A program made the position numbers and the translations under genes. Source: Pseudomonadota bacterium (lineage in GTDB: Bacteria; Pseudomonadota; Gammaproteobacteria; JAKAQQ01). Taken from it: a stretch of DNA of 64,000 nucleotides. The notes below the pieces were generated by a model that saw only the letters and a program-made list of their open reading frames with translations, had not been told where the DNA came from and searched no databases. This document shows positions 24,694-33,739 of the stretch, one piece after another (position 1 is the first letter of the stretch; each line of letters opens with the position of its first letter). The DNA is taken from positions 32,001 through 96,000 of the forward strand of contig DAHVLZ010000019.1 of assembly GCA_027320085.1 (NCBI GenBank), written 5' to 3'.

Positions 24694-24722
24694 TTGCGAG
24701 TCCGTCTCGTACGGTTTACAAT
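24694..24722 (+). promoter_or_regulatory. sigma70-type promoter for tRNA-fMet
   Basis: TTGCGA (24694-24699) - 17 nt - TACAAT (24717-24722), 18 nt upstream of the tRNA. Confidence 0.6.
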
Positions 24723-24740
24723 GTTGCCCTGAAATAAGGT

Positions 24741-24817
24741 TGCGGGGTGGAGCAGTCTGGCAGCTCGTCGGGCTCATAACCCGAAGGTCGCAGGTTCAAA
24801 TCCTGCCCCCGCTACCA
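24741..24817 (+). tRNA. initiator tRNA-fMet(CAT)
   Basis: TGCGGGG...CCCCGCT-A-CCA with unpaired 1:72, three G-C pairs closing the anticodon stem (GGG-CT-CAT-AA-CCC), GTTCAAA T-loop. Confidence 0.96.
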
Positions 24818-24828
24818 GTCTTTTTAAG

Positions 24829-25366
24829 GTCCATACCGGGGCCGCAGGGGTGACGGATGATTCCGGGGACAGGGGTCACACCTTGGCCTCGAAGGGATGG
24901 TCTGTGCATTCGGCCCGATTGGTTTCGAGGTCGAAGAACCCCAAGTCGTCGTGCATGAAGGACACCCGCCAGAGCGGGTCGGCGATCTCGCGGATTCCGA
25001 CCTTTGGGCCGGCAAAGACCCGGCTGAGGTTGATTTTGCGCCGACCGCAGCAGAGACGACGGCCGCAGGCGGTCACGATGACGGTGCGATCGTGGAAAGG
25101 GTATTCGAGCCCAGGCAAGCCCTGATCGGGGCGTGAAGTGGTCGAACTTGGCCTGCTGCTGCAGGAAATTGCGGCCGGGTGGCTTCTTTCTTTAGTGTCA
25201 GGTGCATGCGCTCGTGGCGACCGTTTTGCTGGGGTTTGCCGGGTTTGATCCGTTCGATGCCGATCCCCAGTCTCAGCCACCAGACCGACAGTTTGCTCAA
25301 GCCAAAGAAAGCACTGCGGCTGGCGAAATCATCGGTGAGGGTCAGCGGAGAGCAGTAACGCCGATC
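24829..25366 (-). mobile_element. degraded IS481-family insertion sequence (transposase C-terminal fragments plus end repeats)
   Basis: Fragments in different frames: YCSPLTLTDDFASR, GLSKLSVWWLRLGIGIERIKPGKPQQNGRHERMHLTLKKE, NFLQQQAKFDHF, YPFHDRTVIVTACGR..RKINLSRVFAG..VSFMHDDLGFFD; two related sub-terminal motifs at 24836-24855 and 24863-24880. Confidence 0.8.
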
Positions 25367-25376
25367 ATGGCGGTCC

Positions 25377-25454
25377 TCATGCATTGCTCCAGGGGTTGAC
25401 AAGCTTGACCCCCAGCGCCTCGAAATCCGAGACGTTGCGTGTGACAAGGGTCAT
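25377..25454 (-). pseudogene. C-terminal remnant of a VapC/FitB-type PIN toxin
   Basis: Reads MTLVTRNVSDFEALGVKLVNPWSNA*, matching the LVTRN..DF...GV.L.NPW PIN C-terminus; in-frame stop 9 codons upstream. Confidence 0.75.
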
Positions 25455-25580
25455 GGGCGACCGTCCATGTCTTGATGCTCATGCCTTCGCTCCCCACGCG
25501 TGGAAGCGATACGGCCTGAATCGTGACAGGGGAACTCCGGTGGATCCGGATGCCTGGAACGCGAATCCCCTCTCGTCAAG

Positions 25581-25612
25581 AAAAAACCCGTGGTTCCTTG
25601 CGGAACCACGGG
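25581..25612 (-). terminator. intrinsic terminator of the TonB-dependent receptor gene
   Basis: 11-bp perfect stem CCCGTGGTTCC/GGAACCACGGG, 4-nt loop, followed on the minus strand by a T6 run. Confidence 0.85.
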
Positions 25613-25642
25613 CCAGGTTCTTTTGTTGTCGTTATAGGATCG

Positions 25643-28600
25643 TTAGAAGCGCACCCCGATCCGTCCGTAGATGAAGCGGCCCGGCACCTGGTATCCCAGG
25701 AAGGGCTGGTAGCTGTTCTTGAAGGCCGTCATCGAAATCGGCGGGTTCTTGTTGAACAGGTTCCGCACGCCGAGCGTGAAGTCCGTATTCCAGGTTGCGA
25801 GATTATAGGTCACTTGGATATTGTTGTAGACCGTGGTTCCCAGCCGGTTCAGGCCTTTAAAGGGGCTGTCGGGATGGGCACTCCCGGGACCCGAAAGGAC
25901 GTCGCTGCACCATCCGGTTCCGATTTCAGGGATACCGATGAATGCTGCCGCCCCCGAGTTTTGGCACTCCTCGTACATCGGGCCGAGGATGTTCAGGGTC
26001 CAGTTCGCGGACCATGGGCCGTAATCCCAGTCGAGGTAGATGTTGTATTTGTGCTTGGGAATGAGTGACGTCACGGAACCTGCCACTTCCTTGGTAAACT
26101 CCGTCGGCACGCCGGCAGCACTCAAGCCCAGAAACGAAGTCACGAAGTTCTGCGTGAAGGTCAAGTCGGCCGCGACGCTGAAGTCACCGATCGGAGTCGA
26201 GGGCAGACGGTAGTTCAGGTTGACGTCCCAACCTTCGGTCTTGATCGCCCCGACGTTCTGGTTGAGCGACAGGATGTCCGTGATGGCGCCGTTGGTGTTG
26301 TAGGAGGCATTCGCGCGCTGGATCAGGTTGCAATCGAGGCTGACTGCGCTGTAGCAGAACGCCAGGATGTTCTGTGGCCCGATTCCGCCGGGGGTGATGG
26401 CATTGACCACTTCCACCTTGTAATAGTCAGCCGAAATGTTGAATCCCGGGATGAAGTTCGGGCTGTAGACCACGCCAACCGTTCGGGAGATGGCCCGCTC
26501 CGGCGTCAGGTTGGCATTGCCCCCTATAGTGACCGGTAGCTGTGAGATCACCTGAACGGGGTGCGCCGGACAGTTCGGGAGCGTGGGGGTGGCCACGCAG
26601 GGATCGACCAGCGGATCGAAGCTCTGACCCTGTCCCGCAAAGAAGTTGCTGATCGTGGGAATCCGGAAGCCCTGGGACCAGCTGGCCCGGATGAGCAGGC
26701 TCCGGATGGGGGCGTACTTGATGGCGAGCCGCCCCGATGAGTTGTGCGCGAACTTCTGCGGAATGGGGGTAATGGGGTTTGCAAAACCCTGCCAGGTGGC
26801 TTGTGTCCAGCGTTCCGCCAGGTCAAAGGAGAGGTGGTGGACCAGGAACATGTCGCGCACGAGGGGGACGTCGAACTCGATGTACTCTCCGTCCTGGGCT
26901 TCACGACCCTGTGTGGGTTCGGCAATGTTGGTGGTGGAATCGCCAACGGCGATCAGGGGGTCCGGCGTGAAGTAGCCGTTGTCCTCGAGATACTCGTAGC
27001 CCACGGCGACACCCAAGGGACCGGCTGGCAGGTTGATGAGCGTTCCGGTCAGGTTGGCCGAGTAGTCGCGCTGGGTCACCGCATCTTCATTGAGGCTGGT
27101 GTATGTGATGTAGTTGGCAGCCGCCGGGGAGATCGTGCCCTGTCCCGTTGCCAGGTTGTAGCCTCCAAAGAGATCCAGAGGAACGCAACCCGGAGTCGCC
27201 TGGCAGGTCGAGAGTGGTCCCAGTGCGAGCTGCATCCGGGGCGTATCTTCTAGCCCCAGGTCGGTTGTCATATTGTTCCGGTTACCGTAGGAATAGTGGA
27301 CGTTCCAGTTCCAGTCATGCCCGATGGCGCGGAAGTAGCCCTTGAGCCCACCTTCGAAGAAGTAGGTCTGGACGTTGGTGGCGAAGACCCGGTCGCCGGT
27401 TTCCAGCATGCGGCGTGTCATGAAGAGCATGGAATCACTTTTGGTCAGGCAGTTGGGCGTCCCGTAGAGTGTGCACCAGTTGGCGTATCCGGCCGTACCC
27501 GGCAGGTAGGGTACGAGGTCGACCCCGAAGGGGTTGTAGGGGTTCGTGGCGGATACCCCCAGGAAAACCCCGTTCGCCGAACCATAACCGATCGCCCCGA
27601 AGGCACCCATCACGAGGGGAGTCGCAGCCAGCTGGGAGACCGAGGACCGGTCGTTATAAAGGATCGTGCTGTCAAACTCGAGGTGCGAGTTGAACCTGTA
27701 GTGAGCCTGCGTGTAGGCGTACCACTGCTCGGAAGGCGTCAGGAGATAGTAATAGTGTGCCCAGTTCCAGTTGTCGGCCGCAGTGAAATTGGTCGGGTTG
27801 GCGAAAGGCCCATTGAGCGGGCCGGCCAGGTTGCAACCGGAACTTCCATTGCTGGGTGAAGCGCCCGGAGTGCCTGCCGGCAGGCAGTTGCGGCCGGGCA
27901 GGGTGTTCGGCCCGTACGCGCCGTCGATCACAAACTCCCCACCCGCGGTGAACGGATTACCCAGGAGGACACCCGTCCCGATCACGGGCAGCTGGCCCAT
28001 GGTGGTCTGTGACGGCTGGATCGGCTGCTGTTCCCGGTAGCCCACGCTCAAAAGGGCGCCTTCCTTGCGGTTGCTCGCCCCGATCGTGAAGTCATACTCC
28101 TGGACCTTGCCAGTCCAGTGGGTGGCACCGGGAATCGCGGTCGTGATCCCGAGGGTGGGATTGGCCGCCACTGAGGCTTGGTTCTCCTGGTAGATTCCCA
28201 TGTAGGCGTGGGCTTCCGCACCGTTGAAGTTCTGCACGGTGATGATGTTGATCACGCCCGCAATCGCATCCGATCCGTAAATCGGTGAAGCCCCATCCAA
28301 CAGAATCTCGACCCGCGAGATGATCGCCGACGGGATCGTGTTGAGGTCCACCGGTCCGCCCAAAGTCGGAATCCAGCGGTGACCGTTCACCAGGACCAGG
28401 ACACGGGCAGGTCCCAGGTTGTGCAGGTCAATGAAGGTATCGCCGTCATTGCCGTTGTTGGTCTGGGCGTTGAGGGCCGCCCCCGACTGCGAGATCGACT
28501 GGAGAATGTTCCCAATCGTGACCTCGCCGGTCAGGTTGAGCTGTTGGCGCGTGAGCACCACGACCGGTTGCGCTGTGACCGTACTCGTGCGCAGGATCCG

Positions 28601-28747
28601 AGAACCCACGACCTCGATTTTCTGGAGTTTCGTGGACTTCTTCCCCTGCGCCAGCGCTGCCGGTGCGGCGATGACTGCGGCGGATGCGCCAGCCACGAGG
28701 GCCCCGCGTACCGCCTGCCGCACGAGATTTCGCTGATTTGCTTTCAT
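25643..28747 (-). CDS. TonB-dependent outer membrane receptor
   Basis: Signal peptide, EVVGSRI, plug motifs (LVLVNGHR, DLNTIP..IISRVEILLDGASPIYGSDAIAGVINII), C-terminal NLFNKNPP...GRFIYGRIGVRF; GGAGG RBS. Confidence 0.95.
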   Translation of the reverse strand: MKANQRNLVRQAVRGALVAGASAAVIAAPAALAQGKKSTKLQKIEVVGSRILRTSTVTAQPVVVLTRQQLNLTGEVTIGNILQSISQSGAALNAQTNNGNDGDTFIDLHNLGPARVLVLVNGHRWIPTLGGPVDLNTIPSAIISRVEILLDGASPIYGSDAIAGVINIITVQNFNGAEAHAYMGIYQENQASVAANPTLGITTAIPGATHWTGKVQEYDFTIGASNRKEGALLSVGYREQQPIQPSQTTMGQLPVIGTGVLLGNPFTAGGEFVIDGAYGPNTLPGRNCLPAGTPGASPSNGSSGCNLAGPLNGPFANPTNFTAADNWNWAHYYYLLTPSEQWYAYTQAHYRFNSHLEFDSTILYNDRSSVSQLAATPLVMGAFGAIGYGSANGVFLGVSATNPYNPFGVDLVPYLPGTAGYANWCTLYGTPNCLTKSDSMLFMTRRMLETGDRVFATNVQTYFFEGGLKGYFRAIGHDWNWNVHYSYGNRNNMTTDLGLEDTPRMQLALGPLSTCQATPGCVPLDLFGGYNLATGQGTISPAAANYITYTSLNEDAVTQRDYSANLTGTLINLPAGPLGVAVGYEYLEDNGYFTPDPLIAVGDSTTNIAEPTQGREAQDGEYIEFDVPLVRDMFLVHHLSFDLAERWTQATWQGFANPITPIPQKFAHNSSGRLAIKYAPIRSLLIRASWSQGFRIPTISNFFAGQGQSFDPLVDPCVATPTLPNCPAHPVQVISQLPVTIGGNANLTPERAISRTVGVVYSPNFIPGFNISADYYKVEVVNAITPGGIGPQNILAFCYSAVSLDCNLIQRANASYNTNGAITDILSLNQNVGAIKTEGWDVNLNYRLPSTPIGDFSVAADLTFTQNFVTSFLGLSAAGVPTEFTKEVAGSVTSLIPKHKYNIYLDWDYGPWSANWTLNILGPMYEECQNSGAAAFIGIPEIGTGWCSDVLSGPGSAHPDSPFKGLNRLGTTVYNNIQVTYNLATWNTDFTLGVRNLFNKNPPISMTAFKNSYQPFLGYQVPGRFIYGRIGVRF

Positions 28748-28834
28748 CGATATTATTCCTCCACATTAATGGATGCGGATTGTTTCTGTTGTCCCAGCTG
28801 CCTTGGGATGTCTCGGATATCCTGTCCTGTTGTG

Positions 28835-28862
28835 AGCGTACTACGCTGCGGAATTTTGTCAA
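28835..28862 (-). promoter_or_regulatory. sigma70-type promoter for the TonB-dependent receptor
   Basis: Minus strand TTGACA - 16 nt - TACGCT, about 90 nt upstream of the start. Confidence 0.6.
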
Positions 28863-29180
28863 GACAGGAATTGACTCCGGATCGCGCTCCACTGCTTTGG
28901 TGGAGACCAATCGAGTTTACGGTTTCAATTACCGAGAAAAAATGCTGAATTGAATTTTGTATGATTTAAGCAACAGGCAGTTGGTCCTGGCATCGCTTCA
29001 TCCAATCCCACCGCGATGAGATGCCTTTTGCGCATTTTTGAGATGCTTTCATGACCTGATCGATCGGAGGGGACCCCGGCTATCGGGAATTGGCGCGACC
29101 AGCAACTGTTATTTGAAAAGCGGAATCCATGGTCTGTTCGGGAAAGAGAGTGCCAGTACCATGACTTTCGACATCACCCG

Positions 29181-30110
29181 TCAGGCCTGAAAGCAGTTGG
29201 AATCATGCCATTGCAGCCGGTCGGGGTCGGGGCGGAGATTTTTGTCGTCGGGGATCACCGACAGGGGCTGACCATCCAGCCGGTAATACACCTGGCCGTT
29301 AAACCAGGTTTCACGGATCCGGGAGCTGACCTTGATCCTCAAGTTGGGCGTGATGCTGATGAGTCCGGCATCAAAAAGACGGTGAAAATCAGCCCCGAGG
29401 AGCAACCCGTTCGGGACGTCATGGGAATCCTCGTTTCTCCCATACGGGACGATATGAGCGGCTTCGAGTGTAACCAGCGCTTTCTCACCGGTCATCGCAC
29501 ATCGCCTTTTGTAGCCTTCAGTAACGAGTGCCCGGAAGGACGATTGGCCCAGACGTGGCCGGGACCAGTAGGGATGGCCGTACCGATCCTGAATCATGGT
29601 TTCTGTCATTGCGGCGGGATCGGGGGTGGTTGACGGAGCGGGTATCCGCCCCTGCAGGTGATCGAAGATACGACGGCCATCCGGCTCATCGCGATCGTAC
29701 ATTTTCCCGCGCATGATGGAGGAATCCCACCCTGGGGGATTTTCCAGCCAGTCGTCCGGATTCCAGAAAAAAGGCATGGCGAGAAGCGTGCATCCGATTT
29801 CGGGATCTCGTTGACTTGTGCGGTTGAGCGGGCAAATCCGGTCTTCAAGCTCATCGTGGGTGGGGGCACCATTTTTCTTGCCGAAAATTTCCCATGCGAG
29901 GGAAAGCGGGAGGTGCAGGTAGCCAATCAGAAACCCCCCTCCGGCGATGTGGTGGTGAGGTCTTTTGAGCTTGAACAGGAACAGCATCCCCGCCGGTATA
30001 TTGGTAAAAGGTGGCCGGGCGTTGGGCTGCCAGGAATTGACCTCGTCAAACGGGTGTTCTTTCAGGAATCCAAACCAGTGGGGATCCGTGACCCCGACCC
30101 AAAAGCGCAC
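29181..30110 (-). CDS. HNH endonuclease with N-terminal accessory domain (predicted restriction nuclease)
   Basis: RLGQSSFR..V..GY..RCAMTG...LEAAHIVPY...NGLLL.ADFHRLFDAG; GTG start at 30110 behind a GGAGG RBS. Confidence 0.85.
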   Translation of the reverse strand: MRFWVGVTDPHWFGFLKEHPFDEVNSWQPNARPPFTNIPAGMLFLFKLKRPHHHIAGGGFLIGYLHLPLSLAWEIFGKKNGAPTHDELEDRICPLNRTSQRDPEIGCTLLAMPFFWNPDDWLENPPGWDSSIMRGKMYDRDEPDGRRIFDHLQGRIPAPSTTPDPAAMTETMIQDRYGHPYWSRPRLGQSSFRALVTEGYKRRCAMTGEKALVTLEAAHIVPYGRNEDSHDVPNGLLLGADFHRLFDAGLISITPNLRIKVSSRIRETWFNGQVYYRLDGQPLSVIPDDKNLRPDPDRLQWHDSNCFQA

Positions 30111-30197
30111 AGGTACCCTCCCGGGACCTGTGAAGGGATGACTGGGGTGCTCCCTTGAGATGCTCTGACCATCATGGCACAAACAAGATCGGCATGG

Positions 30198-30226
30198 CTC
30201 GCCCCTTGTGGCACTCGCCCCTTGTG
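30198..30226. repeat. 13-bp direct repeat CTCGCCCCTTGTG x2 (period 16)
   Basis: Copies at 30198-30210 and 30214-30226 in the divergent HNH/yihY intergenic region. Confidence 0.7.
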
Positions 30227-30294
30227 AGACTGGACCCGTTCTTCCCCCTTTTTGCTATGCTTAAACGCATTCTGCGTTTTTCCGAGCCGGTTCC

Positions 30295-31722
30295 ATGAAA
30301 TTCCGAATTAAGGTTCGATCGCGGCTGGTCTGGCGCTCGTTGGTCCGCTGGGGACAGGAGATGCTGAGGGGTCTGCGCCATTCCTGGTTCTGGGGGCGTG
30401 CGCTGGTCCGGGAGTACGGCAGTTCCCAGATCAACCTGAGGGCCATGAGCCTGGTCTATACGACCTTTCTGTCCCTCGTTCCACTCATTGCCATTGCACT
30501 CTCGGTGCTCAAGGGCTTTGGCTGGCATCACGTGCTTTTGCCGTTTTTGATCCGCTTTGTCGCTCCAATGGGGAGCCATGGCATCCTGATTGCCCAGCGC
30601 ATCCTGTCCTTTATCCGACGAGTCAAGGCCAGTGTGCTCGGGTCATTCGGCCTCCTGTTGCTGCTTTACACCGCCGTGTCACTCCTGCAGAAGGTTGAAT
30701 CGGCCTGTAATCACATCTGGCGCGTCCGGAAATCACGCACCCTGCTGTCCCGTTTCAGTGATTATTTGAGTGTCCTGCTGATCGGGCCGGTACTGGTTTT
30801 CGCCGCCCTTGGCATGACCGCCGGGCTCCTCTCGAGTTATTGGAGCCGGCAGATCCTCGCCCTGCAGCCATTCGGGGTGCTTTATCTCACGGTAATTCGG
30901 ATCGCTCCCTACCTTCTGGTCATCAGCGCATTCACTTTCCTGTACATGTTTATTCCGAACACCCGGGTTCGACTACGCTCCGCCTTTATCGGCGCACTGA
31001 TAGCCGGGCTGGCATGGGAGGGATTGGGATGGGCATTTGCCAAGTTCGCCGCGACCACCTCAAGCTATACGGCGATCTATTCGGGTTTCGCGCTTCTTCT
31101 CTTGTTCATGATCTGGTTGTACCTCAGCTGGCTCATTTTTTTGTTCGGGGTCGAAATCAGCTTCCTGGTCCAAAATCCATCGGCGCTGCGCCTGCACGAC
31201 CTACGCTATACGCTGACCAACCGCGAACAGGAACGGGATGGTCTTCTCATCATGTACCTTGTGGCCCAGGCCTACCAGCGACGGGAGACGTTGTGGACGC
31301 TCGCGAATCTCAGCAAGCGGCTTTTTCTGCCTCCGGATGTGGTTCAGGGTTATCTGGACCTGTTCCAGGAAAACCGCCTGCTCCTGGTCACGGAAGGAGA
31401 TACGCCGGGTCTTGCGCCGGCCCGTGAGCTCACAGATATTTCCCTGATGGACGTTCTCTCGTCAATCCGTGGCCGCAACCCCGATCCCGATTTCACCCGG
31501 GCACCCGAAGGTAGCCCGGAACGGGCTGTCGATGAACGTCTCTCGGTGCTCGATCAGGCTATTGAGCGTGAGTTGGTATCGACTTCCCTCGGTGACTGGG
31601 TGGCCATGGGGCGACCGCTTCTGCCGGCACCCTCTGCGGAGGAGGCGGTGAGAAACGTAGCTGCGGCCGTCCGCCGCCGGCCTACGGGATCCTCCCGGGA
31701 TCCGTCCAAGGCTCCGGGCTGA
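30295..31722 (+). CDS. YihY/BrkB family membrane protein with C-terminal winged-helix-like extension
   Basis: RAMSLVYTTFLSLVP, N.IW, Y.FIPNTRV, YTAIYSGFA...WLYLSW.IFLFG.E; soluble C-terminal domain (PAREL.DISL.DV). Confidence 0.88.
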   Translation: MKFRIKVRSRLVWRSLVRWGQEMLRGLRHSWFWGRALVREYGSSQINLRAMSLVYTTFLSLVPLIAIALSVLKGFGWHHVLLPFLIRFVAPMGSHGILIAQRILSFIRRVKASVLGSFGLLLLLYTAVSLLQKVESACNHIWRVRKSRTLLSRFSDYLSVLLIGPVLVFAALGMTAGLLSSYWSRQILALQPFGVLYLTVIRIAPYLLVISAFTFLYMFIPNTRVRLRSAFIGALIAGLAWEGLGWAFAKFAATTSSYTAIYSGFALLLLFMIWLYLSWLIFLFGVEISFLVQNPSALRLHDLRYTLTNREQERDGLLIMYLVAQAYQRRETLWTLANLSKRLFLPPDVVQGYLDLFQENRLLLVTEGDTPGLAPARELTDISLMDVLSSIRGRNPDPDFTRAPEGSPERAVDERLSVLDQAIERELVSTSLGDWVAMGRPLLPAPSAEEAVRNVAAAVRRRPTGSSRDPSKAPG

Positions 31723-31798
31723 AGCCGTGTCCGTTTTCCGCTATAGTCGTCGCCCTGTCGCTCGGGTTTTGCCCATTTCACTGGGAAGGAGAACAACC

Positions 31799-33721
31799 AT
31801 GAAACCTGTATTCCGCAGATCCCCCGTTCCGGGCGTTCTGGCACTCGGCGCCCTGATGCTCGTCTGCTGGGTCCCCTCCCAGGCGCGGCCCAACGCGGAT
31901 GCCCGATCGTACAGCACCCCGACCCATCCGGAACGATTGTTCGTCGATGCCCGGATGGTGGCGAGGGGATTGGTCCCCACCCGCATGATCCTGCCGGTCC
32001 GTCCGGGACCCTTTACCTTCGTTTTCCCGAAGTGGCTACCCGGTTACCATTCGCCGGCCAATCCGCTCTGGGATTTGTCGCAGATCCGCGTGACGGCCCA
32101 TGGCCATCCCGTTGTCTGGAGGCGGGGCAAGGTGGATCTTTACGCCTTCCACGTTCAGGTCCCGGCTCACGTGCACCACCTCGTCATCCGCTTCACCGCC
32201 ATTCTGAATGGACCGGGACGTGTGATTTCGACTTCCCATCTCGCCGTTCTCAACTGGAACCGGTTTCTCTTTTACCAGAACGACACCAACTCTCATGATG
32301 ACTACTTCCGGGTCAGGATCCGTCTCCCCCGGGGGTGGCATTTTGGAACGGCCTTGCCCGATCCGCACCCTCTGGGACACGGCTGGGTCCGGTTTGGAGA
32401 AGTGAATCTGGCGACCCTGATTGATTCACCGCTGGATACCGGCTGCTACTTTAGACGCATCGTCCTCTGGCACCACGGAACCGCCCGGCAGGTTCTCGAT
32501 CTCTTCGCGGACCATCCTCAGGACCTTGAGATTTCGCCGCGTCTCATCGCCCACTACAAGCAGATGACTCCCGAAGCGCTTGCACTTTATGGTTCCCGCC
32601 ACTGGATCGATTACCACTCGCTTCTGGCCCTTTCGAATGCGCTTGGTTTCCAGGGGATCGAACACCACCAATCGAGCGATGACCGGGCACCCGGGGATTT
32701 CATGACCAATCCCCTCGAGCAGATGGTGGCCGGAGATCTCGTGACCCACGAGTTTTCACATTCCTGGAACGGGAAATATCGTCGTCCCGCGGATCTCACC
32801 ACCCCGAATTTCCAGGTTCCCCAGAAGACGGATCTGCTCTGGGTCTATGAGGGGATGAACCAGTATCTCGGCGACCTCTTGTCATTCCGGACCGGGATCC
32901 GCAAGCCCGCCGAGTACCCGTCCTACCTCGCCATGCTCTACAGTGAGATGGCGACCGAGCCGGGTCGACTGACCGAACCCCTGATTGACCTGACGACCGC
33001 AGCCCCCTACCTTTATGGTGCCCGCGGCGACTATCCCTCGATCCGGCGGACCGCCGGGGATTTTTATACGGAGGGAGAACTGCTCTGGCTGGATGTCGAC
33101 ACCCTGATCCGTACCCTGACGCACGACCGGAAGTCACTCGATACCTTTCTCCACCTCTATGCCGGTCCCCCGGATACGGGGCCCATCACCGTGACCTATA
33201 CCCGTGCCACGATCGAACATCTTCTCAATGAAGTGGTTCCCTATCACTGGCATGCCTTTTTCCAGAAGCATGTCTACGAGGTGGCTCCCCAGCCGCCGAC
33301 CGGGGAGCTGAGACGGGCGGGATGGCGCCTGGTCTACACGGCCAAGCCCAACCGGTTCATGGTCGCCCAGGAGAAACTCAGCCATACCAACAACCAGTGG
33401 TTGACCTACGGGATCAGGATTGGGGGAAGAGGCCAGATTTTCGACGTCCGGGAAGGCTCGCCCGCATGGCGCGCGGGATTTGCGCCGGGAATGGCGATTC
33501 GCGCGGTTGATGGCCAGAAGTACAAGCCCTCGGTTTTGAAATGGGTGCTCAAGGAGACTGCGCGAAACCACAAGCCGACAGTTTTTCTGGTCGTTGATGG
33601 TGGGTGGTACCGGACTCTCCGGGTTGATTACGATGGCGGTCCGCGTTTCCCGCACCTCGTCCGCATCCCCGGAACCGTCAATCTCCTCCGGCGCATCATG
33701 GCGCCACACGCGGGGCGCTAG
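31799..33721 (+). CDS. exported M61 (glycyl aminopeptidase) family metallopeptidase with PDZ domain
   Basis: Signal peptide, PKWLPG, LIDSP, GIEH, HEFSHSWNGKYRRP, LWVYEG, SPAWRAG PDZ; AGGAG RBS. Confidence 0.92.
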   Translation: MKPVFRRSPVPGVLALGALMLVCWVPSQARPNADARSYSTPTHPERLFVDARMVARGLVPTRMILPVRPGPFTFVFPKWLPGYHSPANPLWDLSQIRVTAHGHPVVWRRGKVDLYAFHVQVPAHVHHLVIRFTAILNGPGRVISTSHLAVLNWNRFLFYQNDTNSHDDYFRVRIRLPRGWHFGTALPDPHPLGHGWVRFGEVNLATLIDSPLDTGCYFRRIVLWHHGTARQVLDLFADHPQDLEISPRLIAHYKQMTPEALALYGSRHWIDYHSLLALSNALGFQGIEHHQSSDDRAPGDFMTNPLEQMVAGDLVTHEFSHSWNGKYRRPADLTTPNFQVPQKTDLLWVYEGMNQYLGDLLSFRTGIRKPAEYPSYLAMLYSEMATEPGRLTEPLIDLTTAAPYLYGARGDYPSIRRTAGDFYTEGELLWLDVDTLIRTLTHDRKSLDTFLHLYAGPPDTGPITVTYTRATIEHLLNEVVPYHWHAFFQKHVYEVAPQPPTGELRRAGWRLVYTAKPNRFMVAQEKLSHTNNQWLTYGIRIGGRGQIFDVREGSPAWRAGFAPGMAIRAVDGQKYKPSVLKWVLKETARNHKPTVFLVVDGGWYRTLRVDYDGGPRFPHLVRIPGTVNLLRRIMAPHAGR

Positions 33722-33739
33722 CGAAACACGGGCCGGAGA

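Noticed and set aside
28930-28975. Possible Fur box in the AT-rich stretch upstream of the TonB receptor
   Set aside because: No convincing GATAATGATAATCATTATC-like palindrome.
29109-29174. 21-codon minus-strand ORF (MSKVMVLALSFPNRPWIPLFK) after the HNH gene
   Set aside because: Too short, no clear RBS or motif.
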